A stretch of 64,000 nt of DNA, from NCBI RefSeq assembly GCF_001194135.2, contig NC_068989.1:57557264-57621263 (forward strand). The letters run 5' to 3'. The notes under the pieces were generated by a model. That model saw only the letters and a list, made by a program, of their open reading frames with translations, was not told the origin of the DNA and searched no databases. Positions 12,801 through 25,768 of the stretch are shown here, piece after piece. Origin of the DNA: Octopus bimaculoides (taxonomy: Eukaryota). The position numbers and the translations under genes are program-made. Position 1 is the first letter of the stretch. The number at the start of each line of letters is the position of its first letter.

Positions 12801-12940
12801 AGCAACTTGGTTGTTCCTAAGACGACGAATGGTTAGGAATAATGAGGGAACATATAGATGCTATTTTTAGCTTGTTGACGTGATGATAGCAACAGGTAAG
12901 ATCAGGTGGAATAACACGTTACATTCGATTGATTGTGTGT
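12797..12940 (-). repeat. Right arm of the long-range inverted repeat (partner 8571-8712)
   Basis: Its reverse complement aligns to 8571-8712. Confidence 0.9.
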
Positions 12941-12942
12941 GA

Positions 12943-12980
<38 letters not shown>

Positions 12981-13215
12981 ATGTGTGCGCGTGGGTGTAC
13001 CTGTGTGTATATGTCTGTTTGTTTGGGATTATAGAACTGTATGTATGTGATGGTTGTGTGTGTAGATATTTCTGCATTTATCTGTAAGTTTGAATGAGTC
13101 GAACGATGTATGGATCTGTTTGTGTGAGCGTGTGTGTGTGTGTGTGTGGATGCGTGTTTGAGTGTTTGTCGTTTTATATTTACGAGTTACATTTGTAGTG
13201 TACATATGTGTTTGA

Positions 13216-13273
<58 letters not shown>

Positions 13274-13600
13274 TACGTCGTTCAGAGAGGGGGGTGATAG
13301 TGAGAATGGAGAGGATTCAACTAGTATAACTCTAGCAGTCTGTAATGTGTGTGTATATGTGTGTGTTAGTATTTGTGTTTATATGTACCACCCTCTGAAT
13401 GTGTGTGTGTACATGTAAATAAATACGTACGTATATATGTATGTGTGTATGTATGTATGTATGTATGTATTGTATATGCATATGTGTGATACCATGACAT
13501 ATTTAGAGATAAGGATTGGAGTACAGTTTGATTGTGAGTGACTTGTGTGAATATGTGAAAGTAAATCTGAGTTTATTCGTTGATAATCGCGTAGCAGATC

Positions 13601-13639
<39 letters not shown>

Positions 13640-14058
13640 NNNNNNNNNNNNNNNNNNNNNNNNNNNNNNNNNNNNNNNNNNNNNNNNNNNNNNNNNNNNN
13701 NNNNNNNNNNNNNNNNNNNNNNNNNNNNNNNNNNNNNNNNNNNNNNNNNNNNNNNNNNNNNNNNNNNNNNNNNNNNNNNNNNNNNNNNNNNNNNNNNNNN
13801 NNNNNNNNNNNNNNNNNNNNNNNNNNNNNNNNNNNNNNNNNNNNNNNNNNNNNNNNNNNNNNNNNNNNNNNNNNNNNNNNNNNNNNNNNNNNNNNNNNNN
13901 NNNNNNNNNNNNNNNNNNNNNNNNNNNNNNNNNGTGAGCGTAAGCATATGTGTACCGTGAGAAGCTGTACGTATGGAAGTACTTGCTCACGTCAGTTTGC
14001 ACGTGTCTTCGTGTGTCTTTCTGGGCACCTAGGAACAAGCACGTTACACATACATGCA

Positions 14059-14099
<41 letters not shown>

Positions 14100-14365
14100 T
14101 TTATTTTTTATTTCCTTCAGTCAACTGACCGCGACTATGCTGGGGCACCACTTTATACATACAATCATACATCCATGCGTGTGTGTGTGTGTGTGTGTGT
14201 TTACTCACATATTGATGGGTGAAGTCGCGCGTACACACATACAGACACACATACACAGAAGCGCATACACTCATACATATCGTATGGATATATAATATAT
14301 TCATGCGAAGTGGTTAACTATACACAAATATCAACAATACCTATTATCAAAAAGCTCACTTTTAC

Positions 14366-14419
<54 letters not shown>

Positions 14420-14508
14420 GGGAAAAAATCGTAGGTCACTTCATATTGTATATACGTGTATGTGTGTGTATATATAAATATATATATACATTTATATATA
14501 CATGCATA

Positions 14509-14833
14509 TCTTTTACTTGTTTCTTTCATCAGACTGTGGCCATGCTGGAGCACCGCCTTGGAGAACTTTTAGTTGCATGAGTCGACTCCCCAGTACTTAT
14601 TTTTTGTTAAGCCTTGTTACGGGAACGTAAACACACTAACACCGGTTGTCAAGCAGTAGTGGGGACACAAATCCAGACATACGATGGGCTCCTTTCAGTT
14701 TCCGATTATCAAATATTTGGTCGGCCCGAGGCTATAGTAGAAGAAACTTGCCCAAGGCGCGACGCAGTGGGACTGAACCCGGAACGATGTATTTCGGAAG
14801 CAAGCTTTTTATTGCACAGCCACGCCTGCGCCT
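14509..14833 (-). mobile_element. tRNA-derived CORE-type SINE, family A (octopus OR-type), internally shortened copy
   Basis: Reverse complement reads GGCGCAGGCGTGGCTGTGC...GGTTCAGTCCCACTGCGTCGCGCCTTGGGCAAGTTTCTTCTACTATAGCC... with the tail GGTGCTCCAGCATGGCCACAGTCTGATGAAAGAAACAAGTAAAAGA. Confidence 0.85.
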
Positions 14834-14837
14834 GTAC

Positions 14838-14894
<57 letters not shown>

Positions 14895-16164
14895 TAATAC
14901 ACTAACTTTTTGCTTTTGTACGTACTTGTTGTGTGCGTCACACTTATTTCAAAGAAGTGGCAAAGCGAGGGAGAGGAGGACAGAGGCGAAGTAAAAGAGA
15001 GAGAGTAANNNNNNNNNNNNNNNNNNNNNNNNNNNNNNNNNNNNNNNNNNNNNNNNNNNNNNNNNNNNNNNNNNNNNNNNNNNNNNNNNNNNNNNNNNNN
15101 NNNNNNNNNNNNNNNNNNNNNNNNNNNNNNNNNNNNNNNNNNNNNNNNNNNNNNNNNNNNNNNNNNNNNNNNNNNNNNNNNNNNNNNNNNNNNNNNNNNN
15201 NNNNNNNNNNNNNNNNNNNNNNNNNNNNNNNNNNNNNNNNNNNNNNNNNNNNNNNNNNNNNNNNNNNNNNNNNNNNNNNNNNNNNNNNNNNNNNNNNNNN
15301 NNNNNNNNNNNNNNNNNNNNNNNNNNNNNNNNNNNNNNNNNNNNNNNNNNNNNNNNNNNNNNNNNNNNNNNNNNNNNNNNNNNNNNNNNNNNNNNNNNNN
15401 NNNNNNNNNNNNNNNNNNNNNNNNNNNNNNNNNNNNNNNNNNNNNNNNNNNNNNNNNNNNNNNNNNNNNNNNNNNNNNNNNNNNNNNNNNNNNNNNNNNN
15501 NNNNNNNNNNNNNNNNNNNNNNNNNNNNNNNNNNNNNNNNNNNNNATGTATTTGTGTATGTGTATAATTTAGGTTAGTTAAAACGTTTGCAATAATAAGT
15601 ATCGCGTGGTGGAAATAAACACAATTACCAAACTTTCATTCATAAATCCATTTATTATTCCGTTCTTTTGCATTTCAATTTGTACATTAAGGTTCTTTGA
15701 ATATGTACGATGTATTTTAAGATTAAATAGTAATTCTGTTTACGTTTGTGTAACTGAGATATTTTGGTTGGATTATATAGTCATTGGTGTTACATTACTT
15801 TCTAGTTTCTGTAACTGTCACAATATACTTTTCTAGGCGTGAATTTTTTTGTGAGGAGTGGGGCCAGTTGATTAGATCGACCCTAGTCACAACTAATACT
15901 CAGTTTATCGACCCCGAAGGGACGAAAGGCAAAGTCGATCTCGGCAGAATTTGAACTCAGAACGTAAAGACAGACGGTCATACTATACAAACATTTCTCC
16001 CGGCACCAGTAGACTGCTTACAGATGCTTACATTTTTTATGTTTTCCGTGAATTTTTCACGGATCCAGCTAGTATATATGAATACGTATATACATAAACA
16101 TATATTTACATACACACACACACACATACACATACACACGTTAATTAATAGACCCGTTACCAGC

Positions 16165-18860
16165 GAGAAAAAAACTTAAGCAGAAGCTAGCATTAGCCAC
16201 ATGTTTGCTTCTAATCCACAAGATCTATGGCAGAGGAAGATTTTAAATCATTTTAATGTATTATAATGCCTTGATAGATTGCTGAACTCTGATCAACAGT
16301 AAAACCTATAGATCGGCGCAGAAATGTTCACCAGGACAGTGGGTAACTGCATAGTAGGAGGGCACCAGGAAGAGACCAAATTGTGGGGTACTGGTACAAG
16401 AGCTTGATGTTCCACAGGAAGACACAAGTATTTATATTCCAAAGGATATAGGAAGGCCAGATTGATTTTAAAAATCGGCTGACCATAACAAGGACAAATC
16501 TTGTAAGCAAGATTGAAACCACTGACTTAGCAGAAACTTTAGCTCGATTGCTTGCCTAAACATTATGTACGAGCTGTCATGTTCGTCTGTTGAAGCGACG
16601 ATGGCCATCTATTATTCATCCTTAAAGATTACTGATTACTTGCACAGTGACTTTGTTTTTATTTTTTTAGTAGGGAAGAGTTGCGCACTGCCAACCTTAT
16701 TCTCTTGTTTGTGACCATCTGCAATCTAGTTGCAAGTCCGGGTCAAGATTACTGAGGATGGTGACCGATTCAGTGGTTGACAAAGGTGTCTTACTTACCT
16801 CATCATGCTCTCGCACTCCACACTGCGTTGTTGCTGCTGTCTTCCCCTCCGTTGAACCCTGGTGGTTTCTTCCGCAGAGTCAACCGGATCCAGTCTTCAA
16901 ATGCATGGGTAGACAAGCCCTTGTACAAACTGTGCTTCAGCTGCCTCAACTAATTCCTCCAAAACTATTACGAGTCTAACAATATAGTGACTGATGAGCA
17001 GATAAGGAAAAAGAAGAGACTGTTTGGTTATGCCGATTAGCTTTGGATAAATAAAGCTGTACTGTATGAATACAACACCACAAAATATATGTGAGTGTAG
17101 GGATTGATTATAGGAAAATATTCGATTCTTTTTTCTATTCATGACTATTGAAATCACTTTACTTGACCAAAATACCAGCTGTCTTAGTTGCTGCCATTGA
17201 AAAGAACGCAAAGACCTGGTCTACAATCCTCACTCTTGTAACTGACAGTGGAACAATTGTCGCCGATGTTATAAATATTTCAAATGAATATTTCAAAAGG
17301 ACAGTCCGTCTGTGCTTCTGTACACTTTGGAACTAAATCTTGTCATTTCTTTTACTAAAATCCATCAGTTATGTTCTAGAGTATACAACAGCAAGTTACA
17401 CAACTGTAACCCATATATTATTTGTAGATGATGTATTGTTTATACTAGAAATATTTGCAAGACTGAATAATAACTGGATTTTCTGCTTACATAGGGACTG
17501 AATTTAGCCAAAAGAAATGTTCTTGCTTGACAGTTGAATGCAGAAAATATATTTCCCGACAACAACGACTTCTCTATCTCCCCTGTTCTACACTATGCGC
17601 GCTATAAAAATATTTAGGTATTTGAGGAAAATATATCATACAATGTTGCTGTGGTTTAAGGTAGAGGAACCAAAGTAACATGGCCCTCAGAGCTTCCTTC
17701 TTACAAGACAATACCCTGTAATGCATTTTCAGCACCAGCATTGATATCAACTATTGGGATTCTTGAGTGGTCAATAGACAAAATCAGCTCAACCTGCAAG
17801 ATCTTTATATGAAAGAGTGACATTGACAGATGCTGTCACAGAGAACGAAGATGGAGGACGAGGTTTATGATTAGTACAGTCCATTATCATCAGGACAGCA
17901 TCTGCTGTACAACAGCGGTGAAAATAAATATGAATATTCAACCATGTGCTCAGAAGCGAAGTGGGTATCATTCCATAGAGCGGTAGTAAAGCTCTTAAGA
18001 AGACCTTGCATTCTGAAGACCTCCCAAATGAACTCAAAATTGCAGAACTTGCATAGCTAAAAGAATCTAGAAGTTAAACGTTTGGTGTTTCCCGTAAATA
18101 TGAAATGTAACTTCTCATGAACTTGTGATCTCTACTCCATGTTACATCTCGACGGTTATACGTTTGCAATCCAAGAGCAGAAGATAGGTACGAAATATGT
18201 CATGACCAAAAGAGACAGTGAAGCACTTAGACCCTCAAAATGACAATAAAAAATGTCGATTATGTCAGAGTTCCGTAGAAGACATTATACATGTGATCAG
18301 CAGCAACCCAAAATTAGCATCAAGGTCCGAACGCCTATTGTGACTGAGGTAAACCAGAGATGTAATTGCTAGTTGAAAACTATTGTTTACAATACTACCG
18401 TGGGAAAACCTGCCCTAGAATGAAAATTGACAATGCCTCATTTTATGAAATACATGTATATCCTCACAAGGAACATTCCTATCGAAACTTCAATCAAGTG
18501 CAAACATAACAGCCCCAAACATAGATGCTTGCGGCAAGAAAGAATAAAATCATTTACAGTTTTAGAGTTGCCTGCAGATGTGATCATCTCTCCCAAAATA
18601 GTGGAAACATGAGGATATTGACGGATGATTACTTAGAAACCTTTAGCTTCTATGCCCAGATTATAAATTCACATTTACACCAATAATTGTTGGATTGTTG
18701 GCGTATTTAGATATGTTAGTAAATATCTATGTGACAATCTGGAGAATCTAGGAATTTCAGGCAAAGAAAATGACAGGCTAACACACACTTTACGTAGAGA
18801 CTCTATGACCGGAACACCAAAAGTATGCAAAACTTCTCTAACTTCAACTTGTAACGACTT
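16165..18860 (+). mobile_element. Decayed RLE-type (R4/Dong-like, R2 superfamily) non-LTR retrotransposon: RT, CCHC and restriction-like endonuclease
   Basis: Collinear motifs across stops and frameshifts: RAPGRDQIVGYWYK (~16362), NFSSIACLNIMYEL (~16535), IDYRKIFDS (~17103), FQKDSPSVLLY (~17290), THILFVDDVLLY (DD at 17427-32), DIDR..EDGGRGL (~17820-67), DGYTFAIQEQ (~18152), KCRLCQ...IHVIS (~18251), KCKHNSP (~18496) and FTFTPIIVG (~18668). Confidence 0.85.
16578..16921 (-). mobile_element. 344-bp insertion nested in the RLE LINE RT, probably a bipartite RTE-derived non-autonomous retroposon
   Basis: It interrupts the RT reading frame MY(K/E)L|xxSCLN and is flanked by a degenerate 12-bp TSD, TGTACGAGCTGT (16566-77) / TGTACAAACTGT (16922-33). 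The RTE 5'UTR/3'-tail resemblance is from recall only. Confidence 0.6.
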
Positions 18861-19163
18861 TCGTCGTTGTTAACCGAATTCCAGCGAAGGAATGGAACCT
18901 CTTTGTTAGAAAACAGCTCGCTTCTTGTTGGAAAAATTCAAATGGTTAAGGACAAAGAAGCATTCTTAAATTTATACAAATGCACGCGCACACACACACA
19001 CACAACACGCACACACATTTCCATAATCAGTATTCGTCTGTAAACAGTTCAACTAGAAATATAAACAGCTGTTGCTTTTAGATTCTTTACAATTTGCATA
19101 ATAGTTAATCTCTATCTTGCAATCCCCCTCCGCTCTTTACTCTCTCCCTCCCCCTTCTCCCTC

Positions 19164-19199
<36 letters not shown>

Positions 19200-20296
19200 G
19201 TCGTGCATTTGAGTTCTACCTCCTTGTGTGTGTGCGTGTGTGTGTGTGTGTGTGTGCGCGCGCGCGCATAAGTAGACAGACGCACAAATATGTATATTTT
19301 GGGTGTATGAATTGATAAGTGTANNNNNNNNNNNNNNNNNNNNNNNNNNNNNNNNNNNNNNNNNNNNNNNNNNNNNNNNNNNNNNNNNNNNNNNNNNNNN
19401 NNNNNNNNNNNNNNNNNNNNNNNNNNNNNNNNNNNNNNNNNNNNNNNNNNNNNNNNNNNNNNNNNNNNNNNNNNNNNNNNNNNNNNNNNNNNNNNNNNNN
19501 NNNNNNNNNNNNNNNNNNNNNNNNNNNNNNNNNNNNNNNNNNNNNNNNNNNNNNNNNNNNNNNNNNNNNNNNNNNNNNNNNNNNNNNNNNNNNNNNNNNN
19601 NNNNNNNNNNNNNNNNNNNNNNNNNNNNNNNNNNNNNNNNNNNNNNNNNNNNNNNNNNNNNNNNNNNNNNNNNNNNNNNNNNNNNNNNNNNNNNNNNNNN
19701 NNNNNNNNNNNNNNNNNNNNNNNNNNNNNNNNNNNNNNNNNNNNNNNNNNNNNNNNNNNNNNNNNNNNNNNNNNNNNNNNNNNNNNNNNNNNNNNNNNNN
19801 NNNNNNNNNNNNNNNNNNNNNNNNNNNNNNNNNNNNNNNNNNNNNNNNNNNNNNNNNNNNNNNNNNNNNNNNNNNNNNNNNNNNNNNNNNNNNNNNNNNN
19901 NNNNNNNNNNNNNNNNNNNNNNNNNNNNNNNNNNNNNNNNNNNNNNNNNNNNNNNNNNNNNNNNNNNNNNNNNNNNNNNNNNNNNNNNNNNNNNNNNNNN
20001 NNNNNNNNNNNNNNNNNNNNNNNNNNNNNNNNNNNNNNNNNNNNNNNNNNNNNNNNNNNNNNNNNNNNNNNNNNNNNNNNNNNNNNNNNNNNNNNNNNNN
20101 NNNNNNNNNNNNNNNNNNNNNNNNNNNNNNNNNNNNNNNNNNNNNNNNNNNNNNNNNNNNNNNNNNNNNNNNNNNNNNNNNNNNNNNNNNNNNNNNNNNN
20201 NNNNNNNNNNNNNNNNNNNNNNNNNNNNNNNNNNNNNNNNNNNNNNNNNNNNNNNNNNNNNNNNNNNNNNNNNNNNNNNNNNNNNNNNNNNNNNNN

Positions 20297-20351
<55 letters not shown>

Positions 20352-21454
20352 CATATTAATATTTATATTTCAACAAAGAAGTTCTGCTTTATTAATTCAG
20401 TCCATAAATTCCTATGGAGTCAGCATTTGTTTTGTACTGAGACAAATACTTGAAACAGCCAAAGTGAGAGCTATTCTATCAACACTCCCTCCGTTTTTAT
20501 AATCGTTTTATTCCCATCGTCAACCTCGTTCATAGAAAAGCTCGAACTACTCACTGATTGTTAATAAAGCCTTTAATTAAACGCTCAGATCTAAATAAGT
20601 GAAGTGGTAGCATAAGTATAATGTCTTACAAAAAGTAGTTCGTTATTGAAACAGCATCATTTTACGTTATGCGTTCAAATCTGAAGAGGGTTTAGCTTTT
20701 ATTTAAGCCTTCCGGGAACATATAGAATTAAATTTTGACACATAGCCAGCAATTCCAGGAGAGTTGGGGAAAGTCGATTGCATCGACCCCTGTACTCGAT
20801 TGGTACTTATGTTATCTACTGCCGAAAGGAACAAAAGTAACATCGACTTTGGCTACATTTGAACTCAGAATGTAAAAACGGGCGAAATACCGCTATATAT
20901 TTTGCCTGGCGTGTTAACGATTCTACCAGCTCGCGGTCCTATGAAATTAAATATTAGCCACTTACAAGCAACGATATAGTCGACCATATCCAACTCTGCT
21001 CCGGAGTAGTAGCACTTACCAGAGTCCCTGCTACTGGTTAAATAGTATGTAACCACCCAAGACAGGGTACGTTGAAATTATGGGCTGCAGCATGATGGAT
21101 ATAAAATATTTCGGAAAGTTAATTTATTGGGTCAATGGAGAATATCACTGACAAGTCAACGGATATGGCCAACCAGTTCAGTTAGTGAAATACTGCTATC
21201 ATCTATTATCGTGGCGTGTGTACATCAGACATTTCAGCTAGCGAAACATCAATGTGACAAAAACTCAAACCAGATGTTCATACCGTATCGCTCGATCAGG
21301 ATATCCGGCATAGAAGAGCTGCGTTGGTCCGAACATTTATCCGACATGATGATGATGATGATGATGATGATGATACTTAACGACCAAATTTGAGGACTTA
21401 TGGTTTTGTTTAAAGAAAAGTTGTACATATATCTATGTGTATGTGTCTTTATAT

Positions 21455-21662
21455 CTGTGTTTGTCCCCCGCCAACGCCTGACAACCGGTGTTGGTGTGTT
21501 TATGTCCCCATACTTAACGGCTCGGCAAAAAGTGACTGATAGAATAAGCTCAAGGCTTTAAAAAAAATAAGTCTCGGGTCGATTTGTTAGACTTAAAATC
21601 CTTCGAGGCAATGCCCCTGCATGGCCTGAGTCAAATGACTGGAACGAGTAGAAGATAAAAGA
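21455..21662 (+). mobile_element. SINE family A, 3' half
   Basis: TGTGTTTGTCCCCCGCC..TGACAACCGGTGTTGGTGTGTTTATGTCCCC...GAATAAG...CATGGCC...AAATGACTGGAAC. Similar 3' halves lie at 39458-39690(-), 44772-44955(-) and 56312-56520(+). Confidence 0.8.
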
Positions 21663-21835
21663 TAGACAATATTTCCGGCATCATTAACTTCTGGTGAAAA
21701 CGCTCCATATTATTGAATGGTACCTTTTGACTGGAAGATAAGTTACGTGTCACTGATAGATGAGCTAGTGGGTATAGATGATTGACTTTTTAATTAAGTA
21801 GCCCAATCACGTATCAATTTGATTATTTGCAATTA

Positions 21836-21950
21836 CCGTATATGCCGGTGTATATATGCCAATTGGGTATATAAGACGAATCCAGGATATCCTTTTGAAA
21901 TGTAGGCTTTCAGCTATTCTCGTTGTATAAGACGATCTCACAATATTTCA
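21836..21950 (+). mobile_element. Possible terminal fragment of a pogo/Tc2-like DNA transposon
   Basis: Starts TACCGTATATGCCGGTGTATA and contains repeated TATAAGACGA; no partner end was found. Confidence 0.3.
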
Positions 21951-21956
21951 CCCGTG

Positions 21957-22168
21957 AAAGGCAGCGAGCTGGTAGAACCGTTAGCACACCGGGCAAAATT
22001 ATTAGCGGCATTTCGTCTGTCTCTACGTTCAAATTCCGCCGAGGTTGACTTTATCTTTCATCTTTCGAAGTCAATAAAATAAGTACCAGTTGAACACGGC
22101 AGTCGATGTTATTGACTTAACCTGTCCCCCGACATCGTTGGTCTTGTGCTAAAATTTGAAAGCAATAT
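21957..22168 (+). mobile_element. SINE family B, near full length
   Basis: AAAGGCAGCGAGCTGGTAGAACCGTTAGCACACCGGGC (A-box-like), GTTCAAATTCC (B-box-like), body ...AAGTACCAG..., 3' end AAAATTTGAAAGC. Confidence 0.85.
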
Positions 22169-22797
22169 ATCACCCGTGATTCAGTGGCTGAAAGGTGCAT
22201 GAGGCAGATGAAACGCCTCTATGATTATTGCAGCATCGTCTGTTTTCGCCAAGTCTTTTTGTTTTGTTTGTTTTTACCGAAAGAATCTTTTAATAAATGT
22301 TGATAAAGTACATCACGTTTCTTATCTTTTTTTTTTTTTATTTCATCTCGTTTGTAAAGTTGTTCTTGATTCAAACACTGTCGTGAAGCTTTCCACTTTT
22401 AGTCTCTATGATCTTTTTTAATCTAATATTTGCACGCTACTTTTGTAGTTTTAGCCGGTTCGAGATCTATTTGTGTATCCTTGTGTGTGTGTCTGAGAGT
22501 GTGTGTGTGAGAGAGTATGTATGTAGCTCTAACATGGCCNNNNNNNNNNNNNNNNNNNNNNNNNNNNNNNNNNNNNNNNNNNNNNNNNNNNNNNNNNNNN
22601 NNNNNNNNNNNNNNNNNNNNNNNNNNNNNNNNNNNNNNNNNNNNNNNNNNNNNNNNNNNNNNNNNNNNNNNNNNNNNNNNNNNNNNNNNNNNNNNNNNNN
22701 NNNNNNNNGCATACATACATAAATACATACATACATACATACATACATGCATGCATACATACATACATACATACATACATACATACATACATACATA

Positions 22798-23470
22798 CAG
22801 GGGGATACGCGAAAGTGTAGTCCGGGATCCGTAGCCTAGTTAAATACAGAAATGAATTATAAATTTACACCCAAAAACGCACCGAGCCTTTTGTTTGCAA
22901 GTTTCATTCTGTTATTTCGGCCACTTGTAACTACTCAGCAAAGATGGCGCACCAGTCAGCTGTTAGCTACGTCATCCTTACAGTATCCTCACCATATTTG
23001 TTGATTGCAAGATTGCATTCAATGAACATCTCTAACCTTTTCTGCAAGACGACGTACTCAATAGCAGAAAAAATAGAGATTGTGGAAGTGAAAGTGAGAA
23101 TAGGTTCTGCTGAACAAACGCGTGAAATCTTTGAAGTCAAGTTTTCGGGTAAAGACTTACTACAAACAAAACGATACAAGTGTTGTTTAAGAAGTGCTCT
23201 ACGTTTCAATATAAAGAGACCCTATAGTTCGAATGCCGGACGTTATTCAGGTCAATCGCCAAAGGATTACTCGAAGTCCAAAGAAGTTAACACGTAAGTT
23301 GCCGCAGCAGTCTCACATAAGCAGGAGGTCATGCGAACAGGTGTTGAAAATCTAAAGTTGAAGCCATGTCATTTCACATGTGTACATCAATTAAAAGTGG
23401 ATGACAAGAACAAACGAGTAAATTATTGCACATGGCTTCTGAATAGCATTGTTAATGGTGAGCTACTCCC
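22798..23470 (+). mobile_element. 5' part of a Tc1/mariner-superfamily (DUF4817-type) transposon, pseudogenised
   Basis: TA|CAGGGGGATACGCG terminus. Translation TYSIAEKIEIVE...GSAEQTREIFEVKF, then RITRSPKKLTRKLPQQSHISRRSC...KLKPCHFTCVHQLKVDDKNKRVNYCTWLL. The catalytic domain is absent. Confidence 0.7.
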
Positions 23471-25768
23471 ATAAGAGCATTTGTAGATTTATTTCTGTAT
23501 TTCACTTTCCTACGGAACCCGGGCTACTTTTTCGTGTATTCGTACAAGAAGATGAATTGCACAAGCCTTATTACATTTCACTACAATTGTTTAGACACAT
23601 CGTTACCAACTGCTCCTTGCTGAATATTACATTTACACCTTGTATTAATATCATTCTACAGTAGTAGCATATGCGTCTCTTCGGGTGAATAGAGTCAAAA
23701 GCTGTGTGTGTGTGTTTGTATGTGTGTGTGCATATGATGTGTGTATGAATGCATTATATATGCATGTTTCTATATATGTGCGTGTGTGTGCGTGCACGTA
23801 GTATGTATGTATATGTGTGTGTGTGTGTGCACGTATCTACGTATATATGTATATATATATGTGTATATACGTATATATATATGTGTATGTGCGTGTGTAT
23901 GTATACACACACATGCACTTTCACGCACACGTACACGTGCACAAACACTTTTAGCAAACTATAAAACAAACATTAGACAGTTTGCAAAATGTCTACAAAT
24001 ATTTATTCAAAAATATGGTTTATGACCAAAAGACAAGCAAAAAACATGACTATGACAAATTAGAAATATAAAGATGTGTACACAAATACTGGAATACATA
24101 CATAGAGAGACTGCAAGAAGGAAAGGAAATAAGATATTCGTGATACGAAGATAAATGGATTATTGAATAAAGATATTAATAGCTACAGTAAACAGACAAA
24201 CAAATATATGTGTAATTCTTTTTTTGGAATATTGGGTCTCGAAGAATGTAAAGCTATAAATAATGGCGTAAGAGAGAAAAGAGGCATTTCACATAATATC
24301 GTAGTTTATAAATTCTTATGACGTCAAGAATATGCATGTATGTGTATGTATGTATGCATGCACTTATGTATGTATGCATGCATGTATGATAAGATAGATA
24401 ATGTACACCGGTGTTCACGCGTGCGCAAGTATGTGCACACGCGTGAATGCGCCCACAAAGGTATATGCACGCACGCACAACCATGCATTACGCGTGCATA
24501 TGCAGGCACATACCTGCATCACATGCACATACCTGCATCACATGCACACGAATATATCAGAATTAACGCGCACTTATGTATACAACTTTTCGAACATATA
24601 CATGTGTGTATATGTGTGTGTATGTGTGCATGTGTGTGCATGTACGCGTATGCGCACGCACACTTTCATGCATTTCATTTATAGATGCATACAGTGTATG
24701 ACTTAAGGGATGGTATTTACGAAATGAAATCCAAATATTTCATCAAGTAAAGTTGGACACAGTTTGTATTGAATGAAATGTTTGAGTGTCAATGCGAAAG
24801 TGACTTGTACAGAGAAATTGTGTTGGAAAGTACGCAGGTGTATGTATATGTGTGTATTTACGTAGGATTGGTATTGTGTCTGTTTCTTTTACTGTCAATG
24901 TTTCTCCTTCCTTTCTTTTTGTATTTTTTGTTGGATCGTTCGTAAAGGTTCATAAGAGAAAGTAGGAGTTGAAAGAATTTGTAAAGGTAGTAGAAAGAGG
25001 AAATTAGATTTTATTAGAGGGGAAANNNNNNNNNNNNNNNNNNNNNNNNNNNNNNNNNNNNNNNNNNNNNNNNNNNNNNNNNNNNNNNNNNNNNNNNNNN
25101 NNNNNNNNNNNNNNNNNNNNNNNNNNNNNNNNNNNNNNNNNNNNNNNNNNNNNNNNNNNNNNNNNNNNNNNNNNNNNNNNNNNNNNNNNNNNNNNNNNNN
25201 NNNNNNNNNNNNNNNNNNNNNNNNNNNNNNNNNNNNNNNNNNNNNNNNNNNNNNNNNNNNNNNNNNNNNNNNNNNNNNNNNNNNNNNNNNNNNNNNNNNN
25301 NNNNNNNNNNNNNNNNNNNNNNNNNNNNNNNNNNNNNNNNNNNNNNNNNNNNNNNNNNNNNNNNNNNNNNNNNNNNNNNNNNNNNNNNNNNNNNNNNNNN
25401 NNNNNNNNNNNNNNNNNNNNNNNNNNNNNNNNNNNNNNNNNNNNNNNNNNNNNNNNNNNNNNNNNNNNNNNNNNNNNNNNNNNNNNNNNNNNNNNNNNNN
25501 NNNNNNNNNNNNNNNNNNNNNNNNNNNNNNNNNNNNNNNNNNNNNNNNNNNNNNNNNNNNNNNNNNNNNNNNNNNNNNNNNNNNNNNNNNNNNNNNNNNN
25601 NNNNNNNNNNNNNNNNNNNNNNNNNNNNNNNNNNNNNNNNNNNNNNNNNNNNNNNNNNNNNNNNNNNNNNNNNNNNNNNNNNNNNNNNNNNNNNNNNNNN
25701 NNNNNNNNNNNNNNNNNNNNNNNNNNNNNNNNNNNNNNNNNNNNNNNNNNNNNNNNNTATATATATAA

